From a virus (lineage: Duplodnaviria > Caudoviricetes): a stretch of 41,393 bases of DNA. The DNA is taken from the IMG/VR virus record IMGVR_UViG_3300011423_000015, positions 1 to 41,393 of that record. The stretch is one strand, 5' to 3'. Both the position numbers and the translations under genes were made by a program. The notes beneath the pieces are model-generated. The model was not told the origin of the DNA. It did no database searches and saw only the letters and a list, made by a program, of their open reading frames with translations. This document shows positions 27,569 to 35,707 of the stretch, one piece after another. Position 1 is the stretch's first letter, and every line of letters starts with the position of its first letter.

Positions 27569-28978
27569 ATGAGAAAACCTACAGTCTATTTCGGAATTGA
27601 TTACAAACTCACAAAAGGACCCAACAAGGATTTATATCATATCCGGATGTGGGTAACTTTCAAAGATGATAATTGGAATCAAGTCCCCTACAAAACTAAT
27701 GTATTTTGTGAAAAGAAAGATTTTAAGATTTTAAATGATTGGAATCGGACAAGCGTTTCGGCAGTGCTTCAGCCACAGCGGGACGAACTTCAGAAGATTA
27801 AGGACAAAGCCAATTCTATCATTAACGAATTTGGAATCACCAAGCAGGAAAAATTTGACCCTTATTTTACTTCCAAGTATTCAACGGATTCAGTTGCACT
27901 GGAATTTGAAAAGAAGATGGCAGAGCTGGACGCTAAGAAACAATTTGGCACGAAAGGCATGTATCGTAATGCGCTAAATTCATTTCAATCATTTTTCGGT
28001 AAGGATTTTACTTACTCAGATTGTACCGCTTCAAAGCTTTATGAATATGAGGAATGGTTTATAAAGCAAGAAAGAAATTCCAAGAATCCGAACGGGCAAA
28101 AGAAAAGCATTACAACGGTAGGTTTTTACATGCTACCCTTACGGCACATCTTCAATCGAAAAATTAAAGCGGGTCACCTTCCACTTAAAATGTATCCCTT
28201 TGGAATGTATGATGATAAATACATCATCCCAACGGGTGGTTCGTCTGTTAAAAAGTTCTTAGTTAAAAGTGAAATGGTTCAGTTTAATAGCTGGTCGCAC
28301 GCATGCGATGAAATTGCAATCAATAAGATCATAAAGCAGAATAAGAAATTTTTTGAAGTTCGTGCAATGGCTGAGCATTTGGGTTTTGATGCGATGAAGG
28401 ATTTTCAAAAATGCAATATTTTGAAATCTTATGCGCTTGAAAGAATTCAGGAACGAAATAGATTGCATGCCTATGCGCGGTTCTCTTATTACTCTAACGG
28501 GATTAATTTGAATGATGTTTGTCGCCTGAGAAAATCAATGGTTATGAAAGATCACATTTTGGTTAACCGTCAGAAGATCACGCGAAGGAATAGAAAGCAC
28601 CGACAAATTATTATACCATTGCACCCAGTAATGCAGGAGATAATAAATGAGTATGGCAAGCGCTCACTGGTGCCAGATGATTATATTTTCCCTATTCTTG
28701 ATTTGAAAATGTCAGAGCAGGAAATTTTTGAGACTATTAAAACGACTGTGAACAGCGTTAATAAGGTCTTGGCAGCGCTCAGCAAGGAATTGAACTTTGA
28801 AATTAAAGTGAAGTCTTACACGCTGCGCCATTCGTTTGCGTGGGCGTTAAAACAAATGCCGGGGTATACTCGCGAACATTTACGCGATTCACTTGGTCAT
28901 TTAGACCCGCGCACAACCGATGCCTATGATCATGCGTTTTCACTTGAATGGAAAAAACAATTTAGCGATCAGTTGTAG
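27569..28978 (+). CDS. int: Tyrosine integrase (Bacteroidota type, arm-binding + SAM-like + catalytic domains)
   Basis: FSYYSNGINLND box I, RQK, SYTLRHSFA, LGH, TTDAY. Confidence 0.92.
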   Translation: MRKPTVYFGIDYKLTKGPNKDLYHIRMWVTFKDDNWNQVPYKTNVFCEKKDFKILNDWNRTSVSAVLQPQRDELQKIKDKANSIINEFGITKQEKFDPYFTSKYSTDSVALEFEKKMAELDAKKQFGTKGMYRNALNSFQSFFGKDFTYSDCTASKLYEYEEWFIKQERNSKNPNGQKKSITTVGFYMLPLRHIFNRKIKAGHLPLKMYPFGMYDDKYIIPTGGSSVKKFLVKSEMVQFNSWSHACDEIAINKIIKQNKKFFEVRAMAEHLGFDAMKDFQKCNILKSYALERIQERNRLHAYARFSYYSNGINLNDVCRLRKSMVMKDHILVNRQKITRRNRKHRQIIIPLHPVMQEIINEYGKRSLVPDDYIFPILDLKMSEQEIFETIKTTVNSVNKVLAALSKELNFEIKVKSYTLRHSFAWALKQMPGYTREHLRDSLGHLDPRTTDAYDHAFSLEWKKQFSDQL

Positions 28979-29462
28979 GACCGACCAGTTTATTATTTTC
29001 ATAAATGTATTTTTCAGTATAGATCGGTCTGAAGGTTATATATTTTCGACCCTCATGATCAGTAAGACCGATCTTATCCGCTTTAATAAGAATGATTGCC
29101 TCAGGCTTTGGCGTTAATATGTGCGGGTCACCATTCTTTACTTTGCGTTCAGATTTTTGCAATGCAATGTGGGGGCATACATTCAGCGCATAGCGGGCAC
29201 AATCTTCGTGCATTGGTGCATCGCTCACAACTCTATTATGTAGCCCTAGCGGTCCGGTAATGAACCAAAACGATTTAGCAAATAACTGCTTGCCACATAC
29301 TGAGCACTTGAAATATTGCAAACAAATTGTCCTTTTCTTACTGTCCTGATATTTGAAATTAGGAACGCCATCTATGATGGGCACGAAATATGGGATGGCA
29401 TAACCGCGCTCATCAATTTTAAGATGTTCCATTATTTTAGGGATGGGGTAATCGTTTTTCAT
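28962..29462 (-). CDS. Cys/His-rich (zinc-binding) phage hypothetical protein
   Basis: CSVCG...MHEDCARYALNVCPH; RGYAIPYFV motif. Confidence 0.75.
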   Translation of the reverse strand: MKNDYPIPKIMEHLKIDERGYAIPYFVPIIDGVPNFKYQDSKKRTICLQYFKCSVCGKQLFAKSFWFITGPLGLHNRVVSDAPMHEDCARYALNVCPHIALQKSERKVKNGDPHILTPKPEAIILIKADKIGLTDHEGRKYITFRPIYTEKYIYENNKLVGPTTDR

Positions 29463-29994
29463 AGATTTTAATTTTCATTGTGTTTGGTGCTGGTGTACTT
29501 CCTCCAAAATAAGGAAAACTTCTTGCCCGTTCTGTGATTTGTCCGCAAACTTTGGTTCTGGCTATAGTTGAATCTGAGTTATTAAACTTAAAATAATAAT
29601 AATTCTCATCGGCATGAATCTCGTAACTGTCCTTACGGTTTGGAATTGTCTCACCCATCTTAAAATATATTCTTACGCTGTCAGAGTATGCATAAGCAAA
29701 GATTTCAATACTTCCCTTGCCATCATGCCGCCATGCAAACCTTGCAGAATTGTCATGTATCAAACTACCACAGTCCACGAAGCCATAGAGTTTATTTAAA
29801 TCACCTTCGCCATCAGTGCAATTGATATTGTAAAGACAAGAAGGTTTGAACTTAGCATCAAAAAGCAAAACGTTCCCCGAGTAATAAGATATTAATTCAT
29901 GTTTGCTATAATGTCGGTTCTGCTCAATGATGTATGTATGATAGCAGGACGAACAAATTATGGGTAATAAAATTAATTTAAATCGTTCTTTCAT
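29437..29994 (-). CDS. Putative lipoprotein
   Basis: MKERFKLILLPIICSSC lipobox-like N-terminus; beta-rich body with NSARFAWR and PYFGG. Confidence 0.65.
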   Translation of the reverse strand: MKERFKLILLPIICSSCYHTYIIEQNRHYSKHELISYYSGNVLLFDAKFKPSCLYNINCTDGEGDLNKLYGFVDCGSLIHDNSARFAWRHDGKGSIEIFAYAYSDSVRIYFKMGETIPNRKDSYEIHADENYYYFKFNNSDSTIARTKVCGQITERARSFPYFGGSTPAPNTMKIKIYEKRLPHP

Positions 29995-30072
29995 AAAGTA
30001 AAATGATTTCGTTTGGCGTATTTTTAAACCGAATATCGAAAAATGTCCAGAATTCTTATTATCATTTGATAT

Positions 30073-30145
30073 CTGTTTCCTGTTGTTTCCTATTGTTTCA
30101 CTTAAGTCTCTAATTGTTTCATCATTATTGTTTCTTTATCGTTTC
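30073..30145. repeat. Phased (T)TGTTTC repeat array
   Basis: GTTTC at 30075, 30085, 30095, 30116, 30130, 30141. Confidence 0.7.
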
Positions 30146-30306
30146 TTATCTCGAAATAGCAAGGAGATCAAAGTCACCATCAGTTGAAAATCGAAATCTT
30201 AAAATAGATATTTGGTTAATGACATTAAATAATTAACCAAAATGAAACAATCTATTTTATCCAAACAGTAAACAAGTCCTATTACGATGAGTATCGTAAA
30301 CTTTAT

Positions 30307-30513
30307 TTGCATCCCTATTGGCTACGCAAACGCTTCGAAATTCTTTTACGCGATGATTTCAAATGTACCAAGTGTGGTTGTGATGATTTACCATTACACG
30401 TTCATCATGACTTTTATGAATATGGCCGACTACCTTGGGAATATGAGAACGAATATTTACGAACACTTTGTGAGGAATGCCATTATGATTTACATCAACG
30501 AATGGCTGCCTAG
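30307..30513 (+). CDS. HNH endonuclease; true start uncertain
   Basis: W.RKRFEILLRDDFKCTKCG...LHVHH...PWEY...TLCEECH; frame open upstream to about 30229 without ATG. Confidence 0.8.
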   Translation: MHPYWLRKRFEILLRDDFKCTKCGCDDLPLHVHHDFYEYGRLPWEYENEYLRTLCEECHYDLHQRMAA

Positions 30514-30532
30514 AATTCGTTATCAAAATATT

Positions 30533-31327
30533 TTATTTCTTACGCCTTGATTTTGCATTAACAGGAAATTGAATGATGTTAAACATTTCCCGTATGCGAT
30601 CAGTAACACGCGAACCATACTGTTCCTTGATTTCATTTGCTGTCAGATTGGTGGTTACATGAGTGCTGGCGTACGGTAAATCATTATCGTATCGGTTGAG
30701 AAGTATTTCAGCCATTACATTTTTTTCTTTGCCAAAGTGTTTACCGTTTGCTTCTGTTCCCAGATCATCAAAACAAAATCCTATTTCCGTGTGACCGAAT
30801 GGGTCAGAATTTATTGCAATTGGTATATTGTGTGAGAGCTTATGCAAATACTCATCCCCATCCTGTGCAAATTTTGATTCGGCTTCTCGGCAGGATTCGA
30901 TCTTGAAAGACCGTTTTTGGTTCCTACAGAAAAAACGCATTAGAGTCGTTTTGCCAACACCTACACCTCCCATGAGGAATAATCCCTTTTCTAAGTTTCC
31001 GTTGAACCTGGGGTCACTGGTGAAGTATTGGAGTATGTTTAGGACTACTTCTCTGTTTTCCTCATCGATCTCAAATTTATTTTTATAAAATCCTTCCAGT
31101 TCATCTGCCGTATAAGCTGGATAAACTGGTTTACGGGTTAAACTCTCACGGTATGCAATTTCTTTTAGCCTGTAGTGCTTACGCTCGCGAGCCAAACGCA
31201 ATGCTTCTTCGATTTCAATTTCATCCAATTCTATTTCGTTAAAATTCTCCGTAACTATCTGGTTCTGAGATTGTGGAATCTGCTCGTCTAACATTTTTTT
31301 TATTTCCGTTCCTGTTGCCATTGTCAT
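30533..31327 (-). CDS. DnaC/IstB-like AAA+ ATPase (helicase loader)
   Basis: KGLFLMGGVGVGKT, FCFDDLG.E, THVTTNL, YGSRVTDRIREMFN. Confidence 0.88.
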   Translation of the reverse strand: MTMATGTEIKKMLDEQIPQSQNQIVTENFNEIELDEIEIEEALRLARERKHYRLKEIAYRESLTRKPVYPAYTADELEGFYKNKFEIDEENREVVLNILQYFTSDPRFNGNLEKGLFLMGGVGVGKTTLMRFFCRNQKRSFKIESCREAESKFAQDGDEYLHKLSHNIPIAINSDPFGHTEIGFCFDDLGTEANGKHFGKEKNVMAEILLNRYDNDLPYASTHVTTNLTANEIKEQYGSRVTDRIREMFNIIQFPVNAKSRRKK

Positions 31328-32015
31328 TATTTTTTAATTCAAAAAGCCCTGTCCATCCATTTTTGATTGATTGATTTATGATTGCAATTGCGTCCGGGGC
31401 CCGCGCCCGTAAAAAATCAATTTGCTTTCGTGCCGTAGACGGTGATAATTTTTTATTTATTTCTTGTCGGTATGAAACCCATTCATTCCAAACATTTTTA
31501 AAATCATCGGGCGCGTTCGCGGTCGTTTCTTCCTCTTTACTTTTCTTTAATTTATTATACTCTACTTTACTTTGTGGTTTTATGACCCCTTGAAGGTTAC
31601 TTTTACTCAGTTTAAGTATCCCTAAACCAGTTAAAAGGTTGAGTAAACCATCCTTATACATTATTTTGTTCGAACGCTTCGAATAAGCATCTTCAATTGA
31701 TTTTATAAATTGTTCGCTCCAAACAATTCTATTTTCTCGCCATAATTCTGAATCGATTTCTTTAAATTCTGCGAGGTCATTTAATAGCTTAAACAATAAA
31801 TCTTCACTCACCTTACAGGTTGCGCAAAGCGTTAACATTTTTTTTCTATTCGATAGATCAAGGTAATGGTAATTGGTTAGTGCCAGCGTTCGCAATATTT
31901 TTACCCATGCAGCGAACCCATCGTTGCCATAAGTATTTTCCACGTACTTTGTAGTTTCCCCTTCCTTGCAGATAAAAGGAAAATAATCAACGTTGTTCTT
32001 TTGCGGCCTTGCCAT
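31239..32015 (-). CDS. Replication initiator (Lin1244/DUF4373-like N-terminus)
   Basis: MARPQKNNVDYFP...YGNDG; linker QSKVEYNK; C-terminal W.EW..YR...IINQSIKNGWTGLF; upstream of DnaC-like gene. Confidence 0.8.
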   Translation of the reverse strand: MARPQKNNVDYFPFICKEGETTKYVENTYGNDGFAAWVKILRTLALTNYHYLDLSNRKKMLTLCATCKVSEDLLFKLLNDLAEFKEIDSELWRENRIVWSEQFIKSIEDAYSKRSNKIMYKDGLLNLLTGLGILKLSKSNLQGVIKPQSKVEYNKLKKSKEEETTANAPDDFKNVWNEWVSYRQEINKKLSPSTARKQIDFLRARAPDAIAIINQSIKNGWTGLFELKNNDNGNRNGNKKNVRRADSTISEPDSYGEF

Positions 32016-32035
32016 TTACTTTTAAAAAAAGTTAT

Positions 32036-32275
32036 TCACATTCTAATCAACAATTCCACATCACTTGCCAGATCAATCAAAGATTTACTGTTGTAAACTT
32101 TCTTAATATTGGTTGATACCGTTGCACGATCATTACCAGTGAGCTCACCAATTTTTCTCATAGTCAACCACGCCACATTGCGCTTCAATAAATATTGGTA
32201 AATCATTTTCAACTCACTGTCTTGGCATCCTTTTAAAAGTGCCTTCGTTATTTTTATAATGCTCTCGGGAGTCAT
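32036..32275 (-). CDS. Small HTH protein (DnaA C-terminal-like)
   Basis: LTMRKIGELTGNDRATVSTNIKKV resembles SL..IG..FGRDHTTV. Confidence 0.6.
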   Translation of the reverse strand: MTPESIIKITKALLKGCQDSELKMIYQYLLKRNVAWLTMRKIGELTGNDRATVSTNIKKVYNSKSLIDLASDVELLIRM

Positions 32276-32279
32276 AACG

Positions 32280-32339
32280 TTACTTTACTAACAGAATACC
32301 GAAAACAATCAGGGTAATAATTACAGTTACTAATGGCAT
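32280..32339 (-). CDS. 19-aa hydrophobic peptide
   Basis: MPLVTVIITLIVFGILLVK with A-rich initiation region; fills gap between genes. Confidence 0.4.
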   Translation of the reverse strand: MPLVTVIITLIVFGILLVK

Positions 32340-32357
32340 ATGTTTAAGTGTTTAGGT

Positions 32358-32570
32358 TTAATTAATCTCAGTTTTATTTTTTTTACTCATATTCATATTC
32401 ATATTTTTTATGATATGTTCAGTTGATCTTTTAAGTTCTATAGGTGCAAGTCCCAATTCATCAATTATTTGCAGACCTTCAATTACCAGTTTCATGAGCT
32501 CTCTATGTACCACAGGTATTTCCTCATTGATTTTTTGAAGACGTTTTAATTTTTTCCAATTCTCGGTCAT
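32358..32570 (-). CDS. Hypothetical protein
   Basis: 70-aa ORF in early operon. Confidence 0.6.
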   Translation of the reverse strand: MTENWKKLKRLQKINEEIPVVHRELMKLVIEGLQIIDELGLAPIELKRSTEHIIKNMNMNMSKKNKTEIN

Positions 32571-32582
32571 AGCGTTATGGTT

Positions 32583-32756
32583 TTATGTTTCTGATTTAAT
32601 TCCAATTTTAGGGTCCAGATTTATGTAATCGAAAACTAATTTTGCCTCATTAAATGTTAAACAGATAATTGCATTTTCATAAGTTGGATTATTTAATATG
32701 GCATTCATCAGCGATTCATCCAGCTTCAGTAATATGATTTTTAATTTTTCTTCCAT
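32583..32756 (-). CDS. Hypothetical protein (57 aa, not in ORF track)
   Basis: MEEKLKIILLKLDESLMNAILNNPTYENAIICLTFNEAKLVFDYINLDPKIGIKSET; overlaps upstream ORF. Confidence 0.5.
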   Translation of the reverse strand: MEEKLKIILLKLDESLMNAILNNPTYENAIICLTFNEAKLVFDYINLDPKIGIKSET

Positions 32757-32902
32757 TTCTTTTTCTCCTGTTCATTCCAGTAAGGAAAATTCTTTTCGTG
32801 AAAGTATTTTTTCTTCTTTGCCTCATAGATTGCCGCTTTGATTTCTTCATCAGTGAGAATAATAGCCTCAATTTTTTCTCTATTTTCATCAACTAGGTTC
32901 AC
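32741..32902 (-). CDS. 53-aa protein resembling N-terminal helix of the DnaC-like ATPase (not in ORF track)
   Basis: GTG start overlapping previous gene end: VNLVDENREKIEAIILTDEEIKAAIYEAKKKKYFHEKNFPYWNEQEKKKWKKN. Confidence 0.55.
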   Translation of the reverse strand: MNLVDENREKIEAIILTDEEIKAAIYEAKKKKYFHEKNFPYWNEQEKKKWKKN

Positions 32903-33149
32903 TCAAAATAAATTTTTTACATGAAGGCCAATTTGCTTTGTGATCAGTGCCGGGACCATTCGTGTCTCCACGGAATTCACATTTGAAATAGATGTGGGAA
33001 TATCTCTTACGATAGAAAAATCTGCAATGCTTGCAGCGCTTGTCAACGGGTCCACTACCATAGACTTTGACCATCGGATTTATTGCGCGAAGTTTTTTTC
33101 TGACTTCATCGGTATCAATTTCTTCCCCTAATACATTTATGTATTTCAT
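32889..33149 (-). CDS. Cys-rich zinc-binding hypothetical protein
   Basis: YGSGP...CKHC...KC...DH..NWPSC. Confidence 0.7.
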   Translation of the reverse strand: MKYINVLGEEIDTDEVRKKLRAINPMVKVYGSGPVDKRCKHCRFFYRKRYSHIYFKCEFRGDTNGPGTDHKANWPSCKKFILSEPS

Positions 33150-33481
33150 AAAAAAAATTTGATAGCGTTATTACTTCCCATACTTTCAAATCCACGTTTG
33201 GTGATCAGATGTTTTTTAAATCTTTCGTTCATGAGTTCCATAACGATCAAGGCCTTACCATCACGCTTACATGAATTCTCGAACCAATCAAAAACATCCT
33301 GAAGATGACCGTTGCCGGGATTATCATTGACCACGCTGATAATACAATAGGCGTTATCCAGTGCGAACCACTGTCCTTCACAGCTGCCAATTCTGAAAAG
33401 TTGTATGTCGTTATTGCGCGGCCACGGACACGATTCAAAAAATAAATTATGAGTAGAATTAAATTTTTTGATTGCGCTCAT
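33146..33481 (-). CDS. Small GNAT-like protein
   Basis: IISVVNDNPGNGH...N....HL..RGF resembles GNAT motifs A and B. Confidence 0.55.
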   Translation of the reverse strand: MSAIKKFNSTHNLFFESCPWPRNNDIQLFRIGSCEGQWFALDNAYCIISVVNDNPGNGHLQDVFDWFENSCKRDGKALIVMELMNERFKKHLITKRGFESMGSNNAIKFFL

Positions 33482-33605
33482 GCTTACTTTAGTTTAAGTT
33501 TCTTAGTCTTTCATTTTCTTCCATCTTTTCACGGATTCGTTTCATGAATTTTGATTCACTTGTTCCACGTGGAGTGTATTCAGTATCACTATTTTTTTTC
33601 TTCGG

Positions 33606-33788
33606 TTAAATTGTATACCAAGCCACGCACATAAGAAATCCCACTATGACAAATGCAACTGAACCACATATAGGGGCAGTAACCCACCACCATGACCAAT
33701 CAATCGTGTTGGTTAATTTCAGCGCGAGCAATAGCAGAAACAAAGCGCCTGTAAAAGTTAAGCGATCATAATTTTTTTTCTTTCTCAT
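33606..33788 (-). CDS. Small membrane protein, probably truncated by premature stop
   Basis: LKLTNTIDWSWWWVTAPI motif, two TM segments; frame continues 38 codons past the TAA to 33489. Confidence 0.7.
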   Translation of the reverse strand: MRKKKNYDRLTFTGALFLLLLALKLTNTIDWSWWWVTAPICGSVAFVIVGFLMCVAWYTI

Positions 33789-33818
33789 AGTGTTTTCGTT
33801 TAGAATTTAAGGAATAGA

Positions 33819-34081
33819 AAAGCCCCTACTTCAATCTCGCAACAGGCAAACCACTTTTATGACAACCGTTTTGTTTTGGTGCGAAATCTTTTCGGGGCTT
33901 TAATGCGATGATGGAACGAGAATCGAAATAAAAAGACAAAATAGGTATATGAATCAAATGCACTTCCCGGACCGAGAACGTCTTCCTTGGCCTTCCAACA
34001 TCAAAAGATTTAACCTGAGTCCTGCCCCTATGAAAATTGAGCCCCCCGCCAATTTAGGATAGAGTTGAGGTACTCAGGTTA
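33819..34081 (-). ncRNA. Array of three long hairpins (candidate structured RNA)
   Basis: Stems 33819-33826/33894-33901, 33907-33916/33993-34002, 34011-34020/34072-34081; G-U pairs favour minus strand. Confidence 0.5.
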
Positions 34082-34283
34082 GAATCATCTTAATCCAATC
34101 AATCAAATCTTTCTTATGATCAACAATTATCAGGAGGGCATAAATGAGGGCAATAGCAATGAACATTCCAATGGGGAACAGCGCCAACATAAGGTTGGTA
34201 GTTTTGGAATTTTGAGCGAGGGAGAGAATTTTTTTTGTCATTTTTATATCATCGGTTAATGGCTTCGGCTGCTTCTTTATCAT
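34074..34283 (-). CDS. Small membrane protein
   Basis: One TM segment; likely start MTKKIL. Confidence 0.55.
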   Translation of the reverse strand: MIKKQPKPLTDDIKMTKKILSLAQNSKTTNLMLALFPIGMFIAIALIYALLIIVDHKKDLIDWIKMILT

Positions 34284-34842
34284 TGTTGAAAATATAACTC
34301 CTTGCCCAATCTTCGGGACAGGACTTCCAGCTATTCAATTTCGCAATGGTAGTGGATGCGTAAATGTGAATTTTATTGGCAGCAATTTTTATGGCATCAT
34401 TGATCAGTGATTCGATTGACTTGTTTTCATGCCCCCATCGACCGATTAAATAATGATCGGCATCCCAGGTGTAATGCTGTTGTCTTGAATGATCTTCTTT
34501 ATAGACACGACCAACACAGAACGGGTCGGGGTCCTTTCTATTCGACCATATTTCAATCCAATCGAAATACTGTTCAGTTTTCGTCAGTCTGACATTGCGC
34601 AAGATTTCAATAGGGATTTCAAGGGGGTATTGTTCAATGCGATGCACGGCAGGGCAAATGATTTGAAAAGCCCTGACGGTTGCTTCATCCAACCACATAT
34701 AAGGGATGGGTGATTTTTCTTTGTTGATTTGGTTGTCACAGATCAAGCCGAGCTCACCAACCAAATTGCTGAATTCTGATAACTGGTCATTATCATAAAT
34801 TAGTTCCTTGCTGTTTTCTAACAGATAAATTTGCACTTCCAT
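34249..34842 (-). CDS. Conserved Bacteroidota-phage hypothetical protein
   Basis: KSPIPY...CP...IP.E.L...IW....PDPF.VG...YLIGRWG.E motifs. Confidence 0.75.
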   Translation of the reverse strand: MEVQIYLLENSKELIYDNDQLSEFSNLVGELGLICDNQINKEKSPIPYMWLDEATVRAFQIICPAVHRIEQYPLEIPIEILRNVRLTKTEQYFDWIEIWSNRKDPDPFCVGRVYKEDHSRQQHYTWDADHYLIGRWGHENKSIESLINDAIKIAANKIHIYASTTIAKLNSWKSCPEDWARSYIFNNDKEAAEAINR

Positions 34843-34975
34843 AAGCCGAGTATTTTAATTTTTAACCAATCTATTATTCTTTGAAAAAACGATTTACGAT
34901 AAAGTTTTTCCAATGCCTTGCGCTGCAATTCAGCATTCAATTCTATGGGGGCATAAGGAATAACACCATAATATT

Positions 34976-35707
34976 TCACGCTGCCTTTTTAATGTCCTTG
35001 AATGAAAATGTATTCAGATACTCGCGGCACTCTTTTACCCGTTGATGTGCGCGGTCTATCATATCCTGATCACGAGGGAAACTAAATTCAATGTACCGTT
35101 CCTCTTTAGGGATATCCCCGAAGGTCATATTCTTTTCAATCTGTTCGCACTGCTTAATGAATTCACCATGAGTAAGGGGATTGACCACATTCATAGCCCA
35201 TTGTAATTTGCGCTTGGCATCTTCTATAAGATTGGGAGGCGTATCCACAAGACAATACACGAGGTTGGCAGTTTGTGCCCCTGTGAGGTCCATATACGCT
35301 TGCAATTGCCACACATAGGTTTTGTTGATGGGTTCAGTCAGCACATTGAAAAAAGTGAAAATGTCCCAGCTCGTTTTAATGTCGATGATCTTTTTTGCTT
35401 TCAGAATATTTGCGCCATCGTATAAGTCAGGGGTGCCGATAAAGAAATCGTTTTGGATTTCTTCAGTATTCTTTTTATGGAAGGTCTTTGTGACAAGTGA
35501 ATAAAGCGTAATGCTTTCTTCCTCTTGCACGATACCCTTTTCCATGTACTTGCTGGTGATATCTTTTTTACGTCCGTAGCGTTCGCCTACATAGCATTGT
35601 GCCAAATACTTTTTGCATGTAGCGCCTAAAATATCTTTATCGCTTTTGGCATCGGTCATAATGTTTACAAGCGATGAAGGATGGAATTTATAGTTATCAA
35701 AGTTCAT
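34976..35707 (-). CDS. YqaJ/lambda-exonuclease-like PD-(D/E)xK nuclease
   Basis: KG..QEEESI, GTPD, IIDIKTSW, YVWQLQAYM; paired with RecT. Confidence 0.85.
   Translation of the reverse strand: MNFDNYKFHPSSLVNIMTDAKSDKDILGATCKKYLAQCYVGERYGRKKDITSKYMEKGIVQEEESITLYSLVTKTFHKKNTEEIQNDFFIGTPDLYDGANILKAKKIIDIKTSWDIFTFFNVLTEPINKTYVWQLQAYMDLTGAQTANLVYCLVDTPPNLIEDAKRKLQWAMNVVNPLTHGEFIKQCEQIEKNMTFGDIPKEERYIEFSFPRDQDMIDRAHQRVKECREYLNTFSFKDIKKAA

Noticed and set aside
30073-30145. CRISPR-like mini-array
   Set aside because: Repeat units are only 5-8 bp with 3-15 bp gaps; no spacer-sized intervals and no cas genes
31560-31660. Replication-origin iterons inside the initiator gene
   Set aside because: Only short weak repeats (TAAACCA x2, AAGGTT x2); plausible by position but not supportable
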